64,000 bases of DNA from a virus (IMGVR_UViG_3300029846_000001), one strand, 5' to 3'; numbered from the stretch's first letter, positions 49,355 through 59,240 are shown. The notes: a model not told the origin generated them from the letters alone. Program-made: numbers and translations.

Positions 49355-49365
49355 TGTATTAATAT

Positions 49366-49620
49366 TTAATTAGTTGATTTCTTTCCTTTCTCTATACTAT
49401 TTTTAAATCTTTCAGAACACCACTGCAAAACGTCCATCATCATCATCTCATTGTTGGATAAGATACCTTTTATAATTAACGCCAATTGATGCTGTGACAT
49501 TCTTTGACTCATATCAAATCTTCTTTCCTCTTCATTTACTATCGTAGCCACGAAATACTTACACCCCTCTAAGTGCGTTAGGGCTTCAATCATAGCTTCT
49601 TTTATCTCTTTTTCTTCCAT
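49366..49620 (-). CDS. hypothetical protein, 84 aa
   Basis: ORF tiled in block. Confidence 0.45.
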   Translation of the reverse strand: MEEKEIKEAMIEALTHLEGCKYFVATIVNEEERRFDMSQRMSQHQLALIIKGILSNNEMMMMDVLQWCSERFKNSIEKGKKSTN

Positions 49621-49692
49621 CCTGTTTGTTTTTTGGACAAAGATATGTCTTTTGATAATAAAAAAGATTCAAAATGATTTAATTTAGCTTAA

Positions 49693-50361
49693 TTACTGCT
49701 CTTTTGATTCTTCCGGTATAGGCATGTCAAACTTTTTTCTGATAAACGACTCTGTTTCTTCATTAAACGGATAGGCCTCCTTGATAAATTTCATAGCTAC
49801 TTCCAGGTCGCCGTCTGCTATATCTTTATACCTTTCAAAGATACCAACCAGGTCATTGTTATATGAACGCTCTTGTTTTATGTTGTACACGTATTTCAAC
49901 ACCCTGTCTTTAATTTCATTGGCTTTTTTCACAGTATCATTGAAGGAATTTATACTTTCCAATTCTGGATCTTTGTTTTCCTTGTTTACCTTATCAAACT
50001 CTTCCTTGCTATATCCTGCTTCTCCTGTAATGGCTGGGCAAACACTTTCCCCTATGATCCGAAATTGTTCATACGAGCCTGTCAGAAACCTTGATTCTGT
50101 TTTAAATGCATTATATTTAACAAGCAAATTAGCCACCTCTGTTGCACCTTCTATGGTTCTAAAACCGATGCCGATATCTTTTAACATAAATACTGGAACT
50201 CCTGTTCTTGGATACACGACTTCTTTTTCGTTCTTTATATTCCAGTTTTTAGCTTCAATTGGAATACCTTTACCAGCAAGCTCTTTGTCTATATACAGAT
50301 ATATCTCTTTGCATGTCAATGACACAATCTCATCTCTGCTTAAATCAAAAACTGTTTTCAT
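49693..50361 (-). CDS. hypothetical protein, 222 aa
   Basis: ORF; the antisense 200-aa ORF 49781-50383(+) is judged spurious. Confidence 0.55.
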   Translation of the reverse strand: MKTVFDLSRDEIVSLTCKEIYLYIDKELAGKGIPIEAKNWNIKNEKEVVYPRTGVPVFMLKDIGIGFRTIEGATEVANLLVKYNAFKTESRFLTGSYEQFRIIGESVCPAITGEAGYSKEEFDKVNKENKDPELESINSFNDTVKKANEIKDRVLKYVYNIKQERSYNNDLVGIFERYKDIADGDLEVAMKFIKEAYPFNEETESFIRKKFDMPIPEESKEQ

Positions 50362-50561
50362 TTCTTTTTATTTATTAAATTAAACAATCTACTTCTTTGT
50401 TCGGGCTCCGTATATTCAACCCATATATCGGCTGCCACATTTCTAAGAAATTCCATAAAGTCTTGATGATCCCTGTATTCAGCAGAATCAACTTTTCTCA
50501 CAAAACTTAGAATTTCCTTTAACATCTTATTGTTTTCTTCAAGAAGTTCTCTGTCGGTCAT
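50358..50561 (-). CDS. hypothetical protein, 67 aa
   Basis: ORF tiled in block. Confidence 0.4.
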   Translation of the reverse strand: MTDRELLEENNKMLKEILSFVRKVDSAEYRDHQDFMEFLRNVAADIWVEYTEPEQRSRLFNLINKKK

Positions 50562-50567
50562 AACCTT

Positions 50568-50777
50568 TCATATTTTCTTCTTATGGTGTTGATTCTTTAC
50601 CGCTCCGGCTACCTCCGACAACTCCACGTCCCTTTCCATTGTTACCCGAAAATCTTCTTCTGTTAAAGAAAAAGACATAGTTAATGTAGGAGTATCCTTA
50701 AAATACCAATCACATAATTCTTTTAACTCTTTACGTTCATCCTCGTTTTTACATTTATGAATGGTAAGGTAATTCAT
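50568..50777 (-). CDS. hypothetical protein, 69 aa
   Basis: ORF tiled in block. Confidence 0.4.
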   Translation of the reverse strand: MNYLTIHKCKNEDERKELKELCDWYFKDTPTLTMSFSLTEEDFRVTMERDVELSEVAGAVKNQHHKKKI

Positions 50778-50850
50778 TCTTTCCTCTTTTTCTTTGTCTG
50801 TTAAATCTTTTTTTCATAATTCTAACTTTTAAAATTGAGTATATAATTAC

Positions 50851-51117
50851 CTAAGGTAATAGATCATCCAAATAAGCCCATGATTCCATTTCATCTAATC
50901 TGCATAAAATACATCCTGGACGGCTGGATATAAAAGTTCTGTTCTCTTCCAATATACCCATAATTGGATTCTTTGATCCTATTGTTGATTTCTTAGGGAG
51001 AAACACAATAAAACGGTGGCAATCTGGAATTACTGTTATAGAATGCCACACGCTGTTAATGCGCCATTCTGCACCAGCTTTAAAAAGAGGAACAGCAAAT
51101 TCTATATCTTGTTTCAT
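50851..51117 (-). CDS. hypothetical protein, 88 aa
   Basis: ORF tiled in block. Confidence 0.4.
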   Translation of the reverse strand: MKQDIEFAVPLFKAGAEWRINSVWHSITVIPDCHRFIVFLPKKSTIGSKNPIMGILEENRTFISSRPGCILCRLDEMESWAYLDDLLP

Positions 51118-51161
51118 GTCTTATTATTGTTTAATTAATTTAAATATTTTTAGTTTTGAAA

Positions 51162-51407
51162 TTATTTAATATGCTTATCGGCTGGATTGATTATCAATCC
51201 ATCGTCACATGAAGGGAATGATATGTTAGATTCTCCATTATCAAGATTAGTCAGTTTAACCGTTCCAGCATATTCATCATCCACAAAAAACAATTGACCC
51301 GAAGAAACCACAAACCTGCATTGATATGCATTCATCATTGCTCCAAGTTGTCTAATCTTAGTTTTAATCTCTAAAAGTTGAGCGTTGTTGATTATATTCT
51401 TATTCAT
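51162..51407 (-). CDS. hypothetical protein, 81 aa
   Basis: ORF tiled in block. Confidence 0.4.
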   Translation of the reverse strand: MNKNIINNAQLLEIKTKIRQLGAMMNAYQCRFVVSSGQLFFVDDEYAGTVKLTNLDNGESNISFPSCDDGLIINPADKHIK

Positions 51408-51560
51408 ATTTTATTAAAGTTTATCTATTATTTTGTCACCCATTTCCTGCCATTCATCACTCACGCTTATAACCAATCCTATGACAGTTGATGATAATAA
51501 CAATGTAAAAATAAGCCATAACAGAAAGCAGATAAAAACACATACATACCTCATGATTTT

Positions 51561-52307
51561 TTAGTTGTTAGATAAAAGCAAAATCGGTTCATTTGACTCC
51601 GCAATTGCTTTTATTTGTTCTGGATTGACAAAACTCTTAACTTGTTCGCTTATATTACAAATGGACTTGATCATATCAACGAATAATTTCGAGGTACATT
51701 CGTTACACTCCACTTCCATTACCTGTTTATATCTATTGTATGATATGCTCGTTACACAATTCAGCCAGTGCGCATAAGTTCCTTTTTCTGTATTTAACCT
51801 GCCGTATTCTACTTTTGTCTCTCCATTTCCATATTCAATTACTCTTTTTAGAAATGGTTTTGCATAAACACTAAAACCGAAAGGTTGGGTGTTTAAGGCA
51901 TCTAAACGGGAAGTTCCATCTCTCCATTTTCCATTTTCATCGCCTCCTGTCCATTCCTTAGAGGGGTTAGGGACAATATTTCCGTTTTTGTCATAGGAAA
52001 ACATGCAATTCGTTTCCAGTTGATACTTAATAACAGGCACTTCTTCTACTATTTTACAACTCAAACATCTCTTTAAAACTTCCCTGATTTGACTTTCCAA
52101 ATCAGAAAGTGCTATACTATTAAAATATCCTTCGTTGCCTAATCTGTTTGCAGGTAATTTGATCCCATAAGAATGAATCTTATCCACATCTTCTTTTGAT
52201 AAAGTAGTGGTAAACACTCCTTCTTTGGTGACATTCACTTTAGCAGTTACAGATAAACTGTTATTGGTATTCTTTTCCGTTATATTTAGTGTTGTTAATG
52301 CTGCCAT
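51561..52307 (-). CDS. hypothetical protein, 248 aa
   Basis: ORF tiled in block. Confidence 0.55.
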   Translation of the reverse strand: MAALTTLNITEKNTNNSLSVTAKVNVTKEGVFTTTLSKEDVDKIHSYGIKLPANRLGNEGYFNSIALSDLESQIREVLKRCLSCKIVEEVPVIKYQLETNCMFSYDKNGNIVPNPSKEWTGGDENGKWRDGTSRLDALNTQPFGFSVYAKPFLKRVIEYGNGETKVEYGRLNTEKGTYAHWLNCVTSISYNRYKQVMEVECNECTSKLFVDMIKSICNISEQVKSFVNPEQIKAIAESNEPILLLSNN

Positions 52308-52325
52308 AATCAGATCTTTTTTAAA

Positions 52326-52577
52326 TCAATTTGAATAAATATAATGCATTCCTGCTTCATATACCTTATGTACATCAGGGTCATTCTTGTCTTCCGGTTC
52401 CAATTCACTCTCTTCACAAGTATAATCCCATTCAGAGTTGTAGTACATATCCTCGTCTGTTTTCTCCAAGGAACAATCTTTCATTAGATTCATATTTTCT
52501 CCCCATACTGCAACTTCTTGTCGTTGCTCTTCTTCTGTCATAAGGGATATTTTGTCTTTTAATTCTTTCCAGGTCAT
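52326..52577 (-). CDS. hypothetical acidic protein, 83 aa
   Basis: ORF tiled in block. Confidence 0.4.
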   Translation of the reverse strand: MTWKELKDKISLMTEEEQRQEVAVWGENMNLMKDCSLEKTDEDMYYNSEWDYTCEESELEPEDKNDPDVHKVYEAGMHYIYSN

Positions 52578-52601
52578 GATTTCTAAAATATGATCAATAA
52601 T

Positions 52602-52985
52602 TCATTCTACATCAAAAAGTTGATCTAACACCAATAATTCTGCATCCATATCTTCATCTTTCGGGAAACGAACTTTTATGTTTCCGAACTTAGATGTCTT
52701 AAACAAGATGTAGGGGTTCATGTCTTCGGCGGTCACCGGTTTATATTCCTTGATTTCCGACATCTTGAGATACCAGTCGCCTATTTTCACAAATCCGGAG
52801 AAGACAGAACACAGATGCGCTTTTACAGACTGTATCTCCTTTTTATCTTTGAAAGGTATAATTTCCTCCTTCCCTCTTATCCTGATTGACAGGAAAGGAC
52901 AAATATTATCTGTTTCATTTTGGAACTTAAAGCCTGTTATAGCCTGCTTTGGGATTCTTCTCCCCATTAATACAAAATAGCTCAT
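52602..52985 (-). CDS. hypothetical protein, 127 aa
   Basis: ORF tiled in block. Confidence 0.45.
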   Translation of the reverse strand: MSYFVLMGRRIPKQAITGFKFQNETDNICPFLSIRIRGKEEIIPFKDKKEIQSVKAHLCSVFSGFVKIGDWYLKMSEIKEYKPVTAEDMNPYILFKTSKFGNIKVRFPKDEDMDAELLVLDQLFDVE

Positions 52986-52997
52986 TGTTGAAAATAT

Positions 52998-53795
52998 TTA
53001 ATTGGACATAAATATACAAGTTTTACTAAGATATCCTTCTGTCATCTCTATGAAATTCACACAATCTAATTTGCTTAATTTGTAAATCAATGCCGGATTG
53101 TGTATTATGGCTATAATTTGTGTTTGTGGTTTATGGAATGATAATACATTATAAATTTGCATTATATTGTCAATGTCAAGATTCCTGTCTGGCTCATCCA
53201 TGAGAACCGTGTATTCAAAACTGCTTTCTGCTAATGTTATGCGGTTTCTTTTATAATACTTCAACAGATTATCAATCCTTTTAATCCAAAACGCATTTGA
53301 TTTTTTCTTGTATTCTACAAGATCTTGTATTGGAAACGTATAATCCTTTTGACCGAACATTAAATTGAAAAGTGATTCCAATGATAACACCACTTTCTCT
53401 CCATAAGATCTTCTAATATTATTCACATACAAATCTAAGTTGCTGATGTTTTTCAATACACTATCTCGATTCATCTCCGCCGATGGCAATAAACGGAATA
53501 CTTTCCCTGCATAATCGGATGATATGTCAATCCCATCAAGAACCTTGTCATCATCATCAAATATAGGTGGAAAATCCAGTGCCTCGGTCGGCATTTCAGA
53601 GCACATGGATTTCTCGCATAACGCATACATTGATATGATGTTAAGTAAGGTTGATTTTCCACTACCGTTTTTACCTATAATTACATTCACTCCTGACTTG
53701 AAAATAAATTCTCTGCCATTTTCAAATGCTTCTATATCCGAAACATATTCAAATGGAGTTTTTGTATTGTCTTTTATTTTTACTGATGTTATCAT
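52998..53795 (-). CDS. stand-alone ABC-type ATPase (AAA_15/AAA_21-like), 265 aa
   Basis: Walker A GKNGSGKST; signature-like SYGEK; Walker B VLMDEPDRNLD; no fused nuclease or transporter domain. Confidence 0.7.
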   Translation of the reverse strand: MITSVKIKDNTKTPFEYVSDIEAFENGREFIFKSGVNVIIGKNGSGKSTLLNIISMYALCEKSMCSEMPTEALDFPPIFDDDDKVLDGIDISSDYAGKVFRLLPSAEMNRDSVLKNISNLDLYVNNIRRSYGEKVVLSLESLFNLMFGQKDYTFPIQDLVEYKKKSNAFWIKRIDNLLKYYKRNRITLAESSFEYTVLMDEPDRNLDIDNIMQIYNVLSFHKPQTQIIAIIHNPALIYKLSKLDCVNFIEMTEGYLSKTCIFMSN

Positions 53796-53813
53796 TGTAA
53801 TCCTTTTTAAAAA

Positions 53814-54083
53814 TCAATTACCGTCCGAACCATGTCTCCGATGTGCTTGTTGCCGGTGCCCGTGAGGCCACTGGAGAAGACCACGTACCACGCGGCGGCC
53901 TGGCTGCTCTGCCCACTCCCTGTATCCTACGTTAAAACCAATAGGATCATACCTTTTGATCATAGTACCATAATTCTCTCTACCGCAATACCTGTTCTTT
54001 CCTCCAATGATCCATGCCTCATCGTCTCTATCTGGAGATATGGAGTTAAGAAACTTCTCATAATCTTTTCTACTCTTTCCCAT
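53814..54083 (-). CDS. hypothetical protein, 89 aa; the C-terminal 30 aa are encoded by a strongly GC-rich patch
   Basis: ORF; the 3' end (53814-53930) is about 60% GC against an AT-rich background. Confidence 0.4.
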   Translation of the reverse strand: MGKSRKDYEKFLNSISPDRDDEAWIIGGKNRYCGRENYGTMIKRYDPIGFNVGYREWAEQPGRRVVRGLLQWPHGHRQQAHRRHGSDGN

Positions 54084-54438
54084 CTTTGTCTTGATTTAAG
54101 CAATAGTTAATAAAATAAGCAACCTGTTCATTTTCCCCTGTATTATCAAAATCACCTAAAGTCATATCATCATAGTCCAGCAGAACCATACGAAAATCGT
54201 TTTTTTTGACATACACCTCCGTTAAAAACATAGGAATCCCAGCAATTTCTATTATCACCGGAAACTGATCATCGAAGTCAAACGCATCATTAGTTTCTTT
54301 AAACTCTTTAAATTCTTTGAATTTTAGCTTTATACTTCCACCGTTCTCCACTAATGCCTCTTTGATGTACTTTAATCTTTTTGCATTCAGATCAACCTCT
54401 GCTTTTTCTATTTCTTTGTACAATTCATTCAGATCCAT
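54070..54438 (-). CDS. hypothetical protein, 122 aa
   Basis: ORF tiled in block. Confidence 0.45.
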   Translation of the reverse strand: MDLNELYKEIEKAEVDLNAKRLKYIKEALVENGGSIKLKFKEFKEFKETNDAFDFDDQFPVIIEIAGIPMFLTEVYVKKNDFRMVLLDYDDMTLGDFDNTGENEQVAYFINYCLNQDKDGKE

Positions 54439-54940
54439 ATTCCACTATATTTATGTTATCGAATTTTTCTTTTATAACATCCAAGGCACCACACTCGTTT
54501 GTTACCATAACATACTTTCCTGGCTTCATTCTCCACAGATTGAAATACCTTGTCACATTTATAATGTTATTAAATAATGATATTTCGTATCTTGTGTTCC
54601 CATTTTCATCATGTCCCGCTTTTTTAAAATAACATAGGGTCGGCTTGTATTTGAAATAATTAAAAAGCCTATACCATCCCTTCCCGTTACATGTTTCACG
54701 ATTCCATATTCCAGTAAGCTTCCTATATCCCCTTACCGGTATTTTCTCTATTTTTTTTGGTACGATCTTGACATACTCTCCTTCTCCGATTGGTATAGTC
54801 ATATTACCTGTCTCTTCCGTGCAAAAGTATTCTATTTCAGATGCCATGTCTTTATATACATAGAACCGGTATAGGTTCCCGTCAGGGTCTACCCGATCCA
54901 TGTAATATAATATCACTTTGTCTACTTTTATCTTTTTCAT
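54425..54940 (-). CDS. hypothetical protein, 171 aa
   Basis: ORF tiled in block. Confidence 0.5.
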   Translation of the reverse strand: MKKIKVDKVILYYMDRVDPDGNLYRFYVYKDMASEIEYFCTEETGNMTIPIGEGEYVKIVPKKIEKIPVRGYRKLTGIWNRETCNGKGWYRLFNYFKYKPTLCYFKKAGHDENGNTRYEISLFNNIINVTRYFNLWRMKPGKYVMVTNECGALDVIKEKFDNINIVEYGSE

Positions 54941-55248
54941 TCCTTTATTCTCCTTATCTTTAAATCGTTATTCCCACAGTATTCCTTCAACCAACTATCC
55001 GTTAGATAACGATTAACTCTATCGTATTTCTTTTTCGGACCCTTGCTCCAGAATTTCCATTCGTTTGTGATATTGTACCCATATTTATCAAACCAATGGA
55101 TATAATACACTACGTTACCGTACAAATCCACTCTTTTTCTTTCCTGTATGACTACCTCGTAAGGTATCTTCTTGTCTCTTTTCTCCATCTTTGTCCTCCT
55201 TTCTTGAATAAAAAAACGGCACCTATCTTCGCAGACCAGTGCCGGCAA
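54937..55248 (-). CDS. hypothetical protein, 103 aa
   Basis: ORF tiled in block. Confidence 0.45.
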   Translation of the reverse strand: MPALVCEDRCRFFIQERRTKMEKRDKKIPYEVVIQERKRVDLYGNVVYYIHWFDKYGYNITNEWKFWSKGPKKKYDRVNRYLTDSWLKEYCGNNDLKIRRIKE

Positions 55249-55265
55249 CTAACTCGCATGGAAAA

Positions 55266-55676
55266 CTACTTAACCTCAACTAATTCTACAGAGCTGTAGA
55301 ATTTAGTGAAGCTACCAACAAATTCTCTTATATCTTTATATTCTTCTGGTCGTTTTCTGTTACCGTCTTTTATATAATTTACCCACAGTCTATCTTCTAT
55401 GCTCTTAATCGCATTTTCTATAGTAAATTCGTCGCTGACACACATTAAACACGAAGACCCTGTTTTCTTATGTGGTTTATATACCCTTGAAAAAGACCAC
55501 ATTTTTATCCTGTCGTATATATATCCGTTGTTTGGATAAACGAATCCTATCCGGCTGTCACCTTCTTTGGCATAAAATACACCTGGCTCCTTCCCGCCCT
55601 TTCTATATACTACGAATCCTTTTTCTTTTAGGATCTTAACCACTTTATTTAATTTATTTTCTACGTTCATTTTCAT
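55266..55676 (-). CDS. hypothetical protein, 136 aa
   Basis: ORF tiled in block. Confidence 0.45.
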   Translation of the reverse strand: MKMNVENKLNKVVKILKEKGFVVYRKGGKEPGVFYAKEGDSRIGFVYPNNGYIYDRIKMWSFSRVYKPHKKTGSSCLMCVSDEFTIENAIKSIEDRLWVNYIKDGNRKRPEEYKDIREFVGSFTKFYSSVELVEVK

Positions 55677-56127
55677 GCAAAAATTTAAAAACGACCTTCA
55701 TTACATTTCCAAAGTTCTCCACCTTAACCCACTCGTGAGCTACTGCTCTAAGTACGGATGTTTCGTATGTCGGAATATCGTCTTCTTCAACCACCTTACA
55801 AGAAGCCAGAACTCCTTCTGTCGGCTTTAGTCCGAGGTCATGCAGCTCGCAGAGACCGCCCGGCTGGCGGAATGCGCACCACCCGTCTTTCTCTGTTGGC
55901 TGGATCATCGCTATTGGTTTTTCTTTCACTGCAAGATACCCTACCATCCACATTGTTTCTTTTAACCTGTCAGCGTATCCGGCATCTATGATAGCCTCTA
56001 TGTCTTTTGGCGTACCAATACAAGGAACTTTACACATGTTTTTACATTTATCACATGTACAAGGTTGCTCCCATCTGTTATGATCTATGCCTACCAACTT
56101 CTTTATCCGTTCTACTTCTTCTTTCAT
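55654..56127 (-). CDS. hypothetical Cys-rich protein, 157 aa
   Basis: CTCDKCKNMCKVPC cluster. Confidence 0.5.
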   Translation of the reverse strand: MKEEVERIKKLVGIDHNRWEQPCTCDKCKNMCKVPCIGTPKDIEAIIDAGYADRLKETMWMVGYLAVKEKPIAMIQPTEKDGWCAFRQPGGLCELHDLGLKPTEGVLASCKVVEEDDIPTYETSVLRAVAHEWVKVENFGNVMKVVFKFLHENERRK

Positions 56128-56128
56128 A

Positions 56129-56410
56129 TTATACTATCTCTGCTAGTTTTTCATAATACAACTTCATTTCCGGTGAAGCATATTCCATGAATGCTTCGAA
56201 TAAGTAGGGTACCTCTATTATCATATTCACATTACAACCTTCTGCCTGTGAAAGAGATTCAAGATCATTGCTGTATGAACACGTTACATGAGCTCCTACA
56301 TTAAACACATGTAAATCTAATCTTACATATTCCATACATAAATCTAACGCTTTAAACAAGTTCTCTACCTCAATCTCCTGAAATAGGTCTATAAACATCC
56401 TTAAATCCAT
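56129..56410 (-). CDS. hypothetical protein, 93 aa
   Basis: ORF tiled in block. Confidence 0.4.
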   Translation of the reverse strand: MDLRMFIDLFQEIEVENLFKALDLCMEYVRLDLHVFNVGAHVTCSYSNDLESLSQAEGCNVNMIIEVPYLFEAFMEYASPEMKLYYEKLAEIV

Positions 56411-56793
56411 TATTTTACCACCCTTTCTACATGTTTAATTAATACTACTGCTATTCCATTGCCGGTTTTTATCGCACATTCCGATCCCCTTATCCATTCT
56501 ACACACCCTACATACTTTTCCGTAGCATGAAATCCGGGATTGTATTTTCCAGATGTACTGAACTCTACCGTATCCCCTACCTTCAGATCATCAAAAGCGA
56601 CAGACCATGTGGTCCAAATTCTATCATGTCTCCCAGGCTGAATGGCCCCAATTACGCCCTTCTTACGACCGTTTTTTATTGCCCTTAGTATTATCTTTCT
56701 ATCACCTTCGATAAGGCTGCAAAAGCGCCCGTAAAAGGTCAAATCAACCTGTTTTCCTCCTATTTCTTCTCTTATTTTTGTTATTCTGTTCAT
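56410..56793 (-). CDS. hypothetical protein, 127 aa
   Basis: ORF tiled in block. Confidence 0.45.
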   Translation of the reverse strand: MNRITKIREEIGGKQVDLTFYGRFCSLIEGDRKIILRAIKNGRKKGVIGAIQPGRHDRIWTTWSVAFDDLKVGDTVEFSTSGKYNPGFHATEKYVGCVEWIRGSECAIKTGNGIAVVLIKHVERVVK

Positions 56794-57037
56794 TTTCTGA
56801 TTTTGTTTTATTTTTTTCTCTGTTTTTTCTATCTTCTATAGAAGATGATAATAACATTATCTTTTCTATGTTACTTTTTGACTGTAAAAAAGAATCGCAT
56901 TTCATTACTACTACCACCTTCTTAAGTTCCCCATTATCGTATAGCGATACACGCATCATGTTTTGCACCTCGTCCACTATCAGACCTGGAGTAGTCTTAG
57001 CCATTTTGCGTAGCTTATTATACTCCGGTCTTTCCAT
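56744..57037 (-). CDS. hypothetical protein, 97 aa (basic C-terminus)
   Basis: ORF; overlaps its neighbour by 50 nt, so the start is uncertain. Confidence 0.35.
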   Translation of the reverse strand: MERPEYNKLRKMAKTTPGLIVDEVQNMMRVSLYDNGELKKVVVVMKCDSFLQSKSNIEKIMLLSSSIEDRKNREKNKTKSENEQNNKNKRRNRRKTG

Positions 57038-57302
57038 TTCCTCTGTTTATTACTCTATAGTATTTATCCTTATCCCCTTCTTTCAACTTCTCCAGATAGA
57101 AAATTCCATCATGTAAATGAGACAAACAAAACCTGTATCCGTATTTCTGTACTCTTCTTACATGATCCCGCAGTCTTATCTCTTCACTTTTGTCTTGTAC
57201 TTTGATTTTAATACTGTCTCCTTCTTTGATTGTGTATAAAATAGTTTGAATCTCTTCTTTTTTCATCTTATAAAATATTTTAACGGCAGCACCTATACTC
57301 AC
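57018..57302 (-). CDS. hypothetical protein, 94 aa
   Basis: ORF tiled in block. Confidence 0.4.
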   Translation of the reverse strand: MSIGAAVKIFYKMKKEEIQTILYTIKEGDSIKIKVQDKSEEIRLRDHVRRVQKYGYRFCLSHLHDGIFYLEKLKEGDKDKYYRVINRGNGKTGV

Positions 57303-57329
57303 GCACCACTACTGCCTTATGTTTAACAA

Positions 57330-58139
57330 TTAAATACTTAACTCTTCAATGGTCAAGCCTTTTTCTTTTGCCCACTTTAGCATCGCGCATAATTCTGTTT
57401 CTGACTTATATTTCGGATCACGCCACGCCCATCCGAATTTATCCAGGACATGATGATATAATTCGTCGGCCTTTGCCGTGTAAATGTCTTTGAATAAATG
57501 CTCCGAACCTTCCGGTATAAGCATCTCTGTTGTTGCAAAATCGGAATACGATAAACATCCGTAAGCATATTCTGTTATTTCACTCCATGCTTCTCCGGCT
57601 TTAAATCCAAATTCTTTTACAAAAGCCAAAGTTAGATACATATTTAATAATATTGTTACATCATATCCGGAATCCGACTTTCTTTCTATTATTTCCTTTT
57701 CAAATTCCTTTAAATCTTCAGGTCCTAAAAAGATGTATCCTGATACCGACCGGTAATTAGTCTCCGCATACTTCTTGCATTTATCATCATTGACAATCTT
57801 ACTAATGTTAGATAACATCTTTTGCCTCCATTCATCACAAAACTCTACCTCTACGTTCATCCAATCAGTACCATAATTATATTCTTTCGGATATCCGACC
57901 GATGTTACCTTTATACTATTCACGCCATATCCGTAAAGGCGTTCACTTACCTCATTCGCCCATTCCTGTACAAAAGGAATAAACTTATTGTAATAAGAAT
58001 CAAAATCAAAATCCGATTCCTCCTCATATTCTGGCATCTCTTCATAATCCTGTTCAAAGAAATGACGAGGATCTGCTATTGTTTCGTAGAAACTTACGTT
58101 AATGAAACAAAACTCGTTGGTTGTCGTTTTTAATATCAT
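57330..58139 (-). CDS. hypothetical protein, 269 aa
   Basis: ORF tiled in block. Confidence 0.55.
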   Translation of the reverse strand: MILKTTTNEFCFINVSFYETIADPRHFFEQDYEEMPEYEEESDFDFDSYYNKFIPFVQEWANEVSERLYGYGVNSIKVTSVGYPKEYNYGTDWMNVEVEFCDEWRQKMLSNISKIVNDDKCKKYAETNYRSVSGYIFLGPEDLKEFEKEIIERKSDSGYDVTILLNMYLTLAFVKEFGFKAGEAWSEITEYAYGCLSYSDFATTEMLIPEGSEHLFKDIYTAKADELYHHVLDKFGWAWRDPKYKSETELCAMLKWAKEKGLTIEELSI

Positions 58140-58390
58140 AACTTTTTGTATTTACGTACATTTTTCTTGCCATAGAATCTACACATGGCACGAATCTGAC
58201 TATAAAATACTTTTGTCCTCCTGGCCTCAAAGTATTTAAACATTTCTTCATTCTTTGTTTCCCAAACGTAATCCGTTTGGGAACTCATGCGATCTTTCTC
58301 CTTGCGTGAATAATGGTAATATGATACCACAACACGTTTCATACCATTCTTTACAGGTACGATATTTACGTCTATACTATTCTCTGTCAT
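58136..58390 (-). CDS. hypothetical protein, 84 aa
   Basis: ORF tiled in block. Confidence 0.4.
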   Translation of the reverse strand: MTENSIDVNIVPVKNGMKRVVVSYYHYSRKEKDRMSSQTDYVWETKNEEMFKYFEARRTKVFYSQIRAMCRFYGKKNVRKYKKL

Positions 58391-58509
58391 ATTATTATTG
58401 TTTTATGCATTATACAAATACAAAGAGCGCATACCTTCACAGGCCGGCGCTCCTTTCAATAAAAATGAAAAAACTAATATTACATAAACATATTGTTTTC
58501 TACTCTTTA

Positions 58510-58743
58510 TTACAATACTTTTGTTCCGCAATTATTATATCTTCCGTACTCTTTTTTCGTATCATTCAAGATTTCAAAAACCATCTTCTTGTGATCTTCG
58601 TTTGGTAACCTATCCTTAACAGCCGATATTACGCCCGCTATAGACGTGAATCCTGAATCTGTTATTGAACACAGCAACACACCTCTGTTGGCGCCGGTGC
58701 TTATTGCTGACGCCTTTATAATATCATTTTTATATATTCTCAT
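58510..58743 (-). CDS. hypothetical protein, 77 aa
   Basis: ORF tiled in block. Confidence 0.4.
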   Translation of the reverse strand: MRIYKNDIIKASAISTGANRGVLLCSITDSGFTSIAGVISAVKDRLPNEDHKKMVFEILNDTKKEYGRYNNCGTKVL

Positions 58744-58764
58744 AACTCTTTTGTTTTATTGTTT

Positions 58765-58857
58765 GTGAGATGCCCAGAATCGAACCAGGACCGGCACATA
58801 CATACCGGCACGCCGCGCCATCCCTCTATGATACACAAATAGACATGCCTATTCTCA
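58765..58857 (-). tRNA. tRNA-like element A (canonical T-arm; long, possibly type II or intron-containing; cloverleaf not verified)
   Basis: Minus-strand reading gives ...cctgg-TTCGATT-ctggg-catctca-c with a 5' partner tgagaat 5 bp from the inner end; lies in a 170-bp noncoding gap. Confidence 0.3.
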
Positions 58858-58917
58858 CGAACCGACATGCCAAAACCCAAAACTTAATTTGATGAATAAA
58901 ATAGATTAACAAAAATA

Positions 58918-59232
58918 CTATTCTAACTCTTTTATAATATCTTTCACAATATTCAGCCTTACCTCCTTCGTTTCTGGACTAATACAACCAAACCACCCAT
59001 AAAACGTTCTTGTTTCCTCTGGTTCTGTGGCCATACTTATCTTCTCTTCCAATTCCGGGAAATATATTCTCACCATTTCGTCTGAACGAAACTCATAGAT
59101 ATTTTTATGTGTTTTGAAATACATAAACACTACATTTCTTAACGCAACACATATGTATTCCCCATCCTCTAACCTATCAATCATCTCATATACCTTTTTC
59201 CATATGAATAATCGCTCTTCTTTTGTAAACAT
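58918..59232 (-). CDS. hypothetical protein, 104 aa
   Basis: ORF tiled in block. Confidence 0.45.
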   Translation of the reverse strand: MFTKEERLFIWKKVYEMIDRLEDGEYICVALRNVVFMYFKTHKNIYEFRSDEMVRIYFPELEEKISMATEPEETRTFYGWFGCISPETKEVRLNIVKDIIKELE

Positions 59233-59240
59233 ATTCTTCT

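Noticed and set aside
49781-50383. 200-aa plus-strand ORF antisense to 49693-50361
   Set aside because: The minus-strand ORF fits the tiled co-directional block and has normal composition. The plus-strand translation is Ser/Leu/Phe-rich, typical antisense noise.
5590-53930. GC-rich patches considered as diversity-generating retroelement TR/VR pairs
   Set aside because: No reverse transcriptase gene is in the window, and I found no pair of patches related by adenine-specific substitutions.
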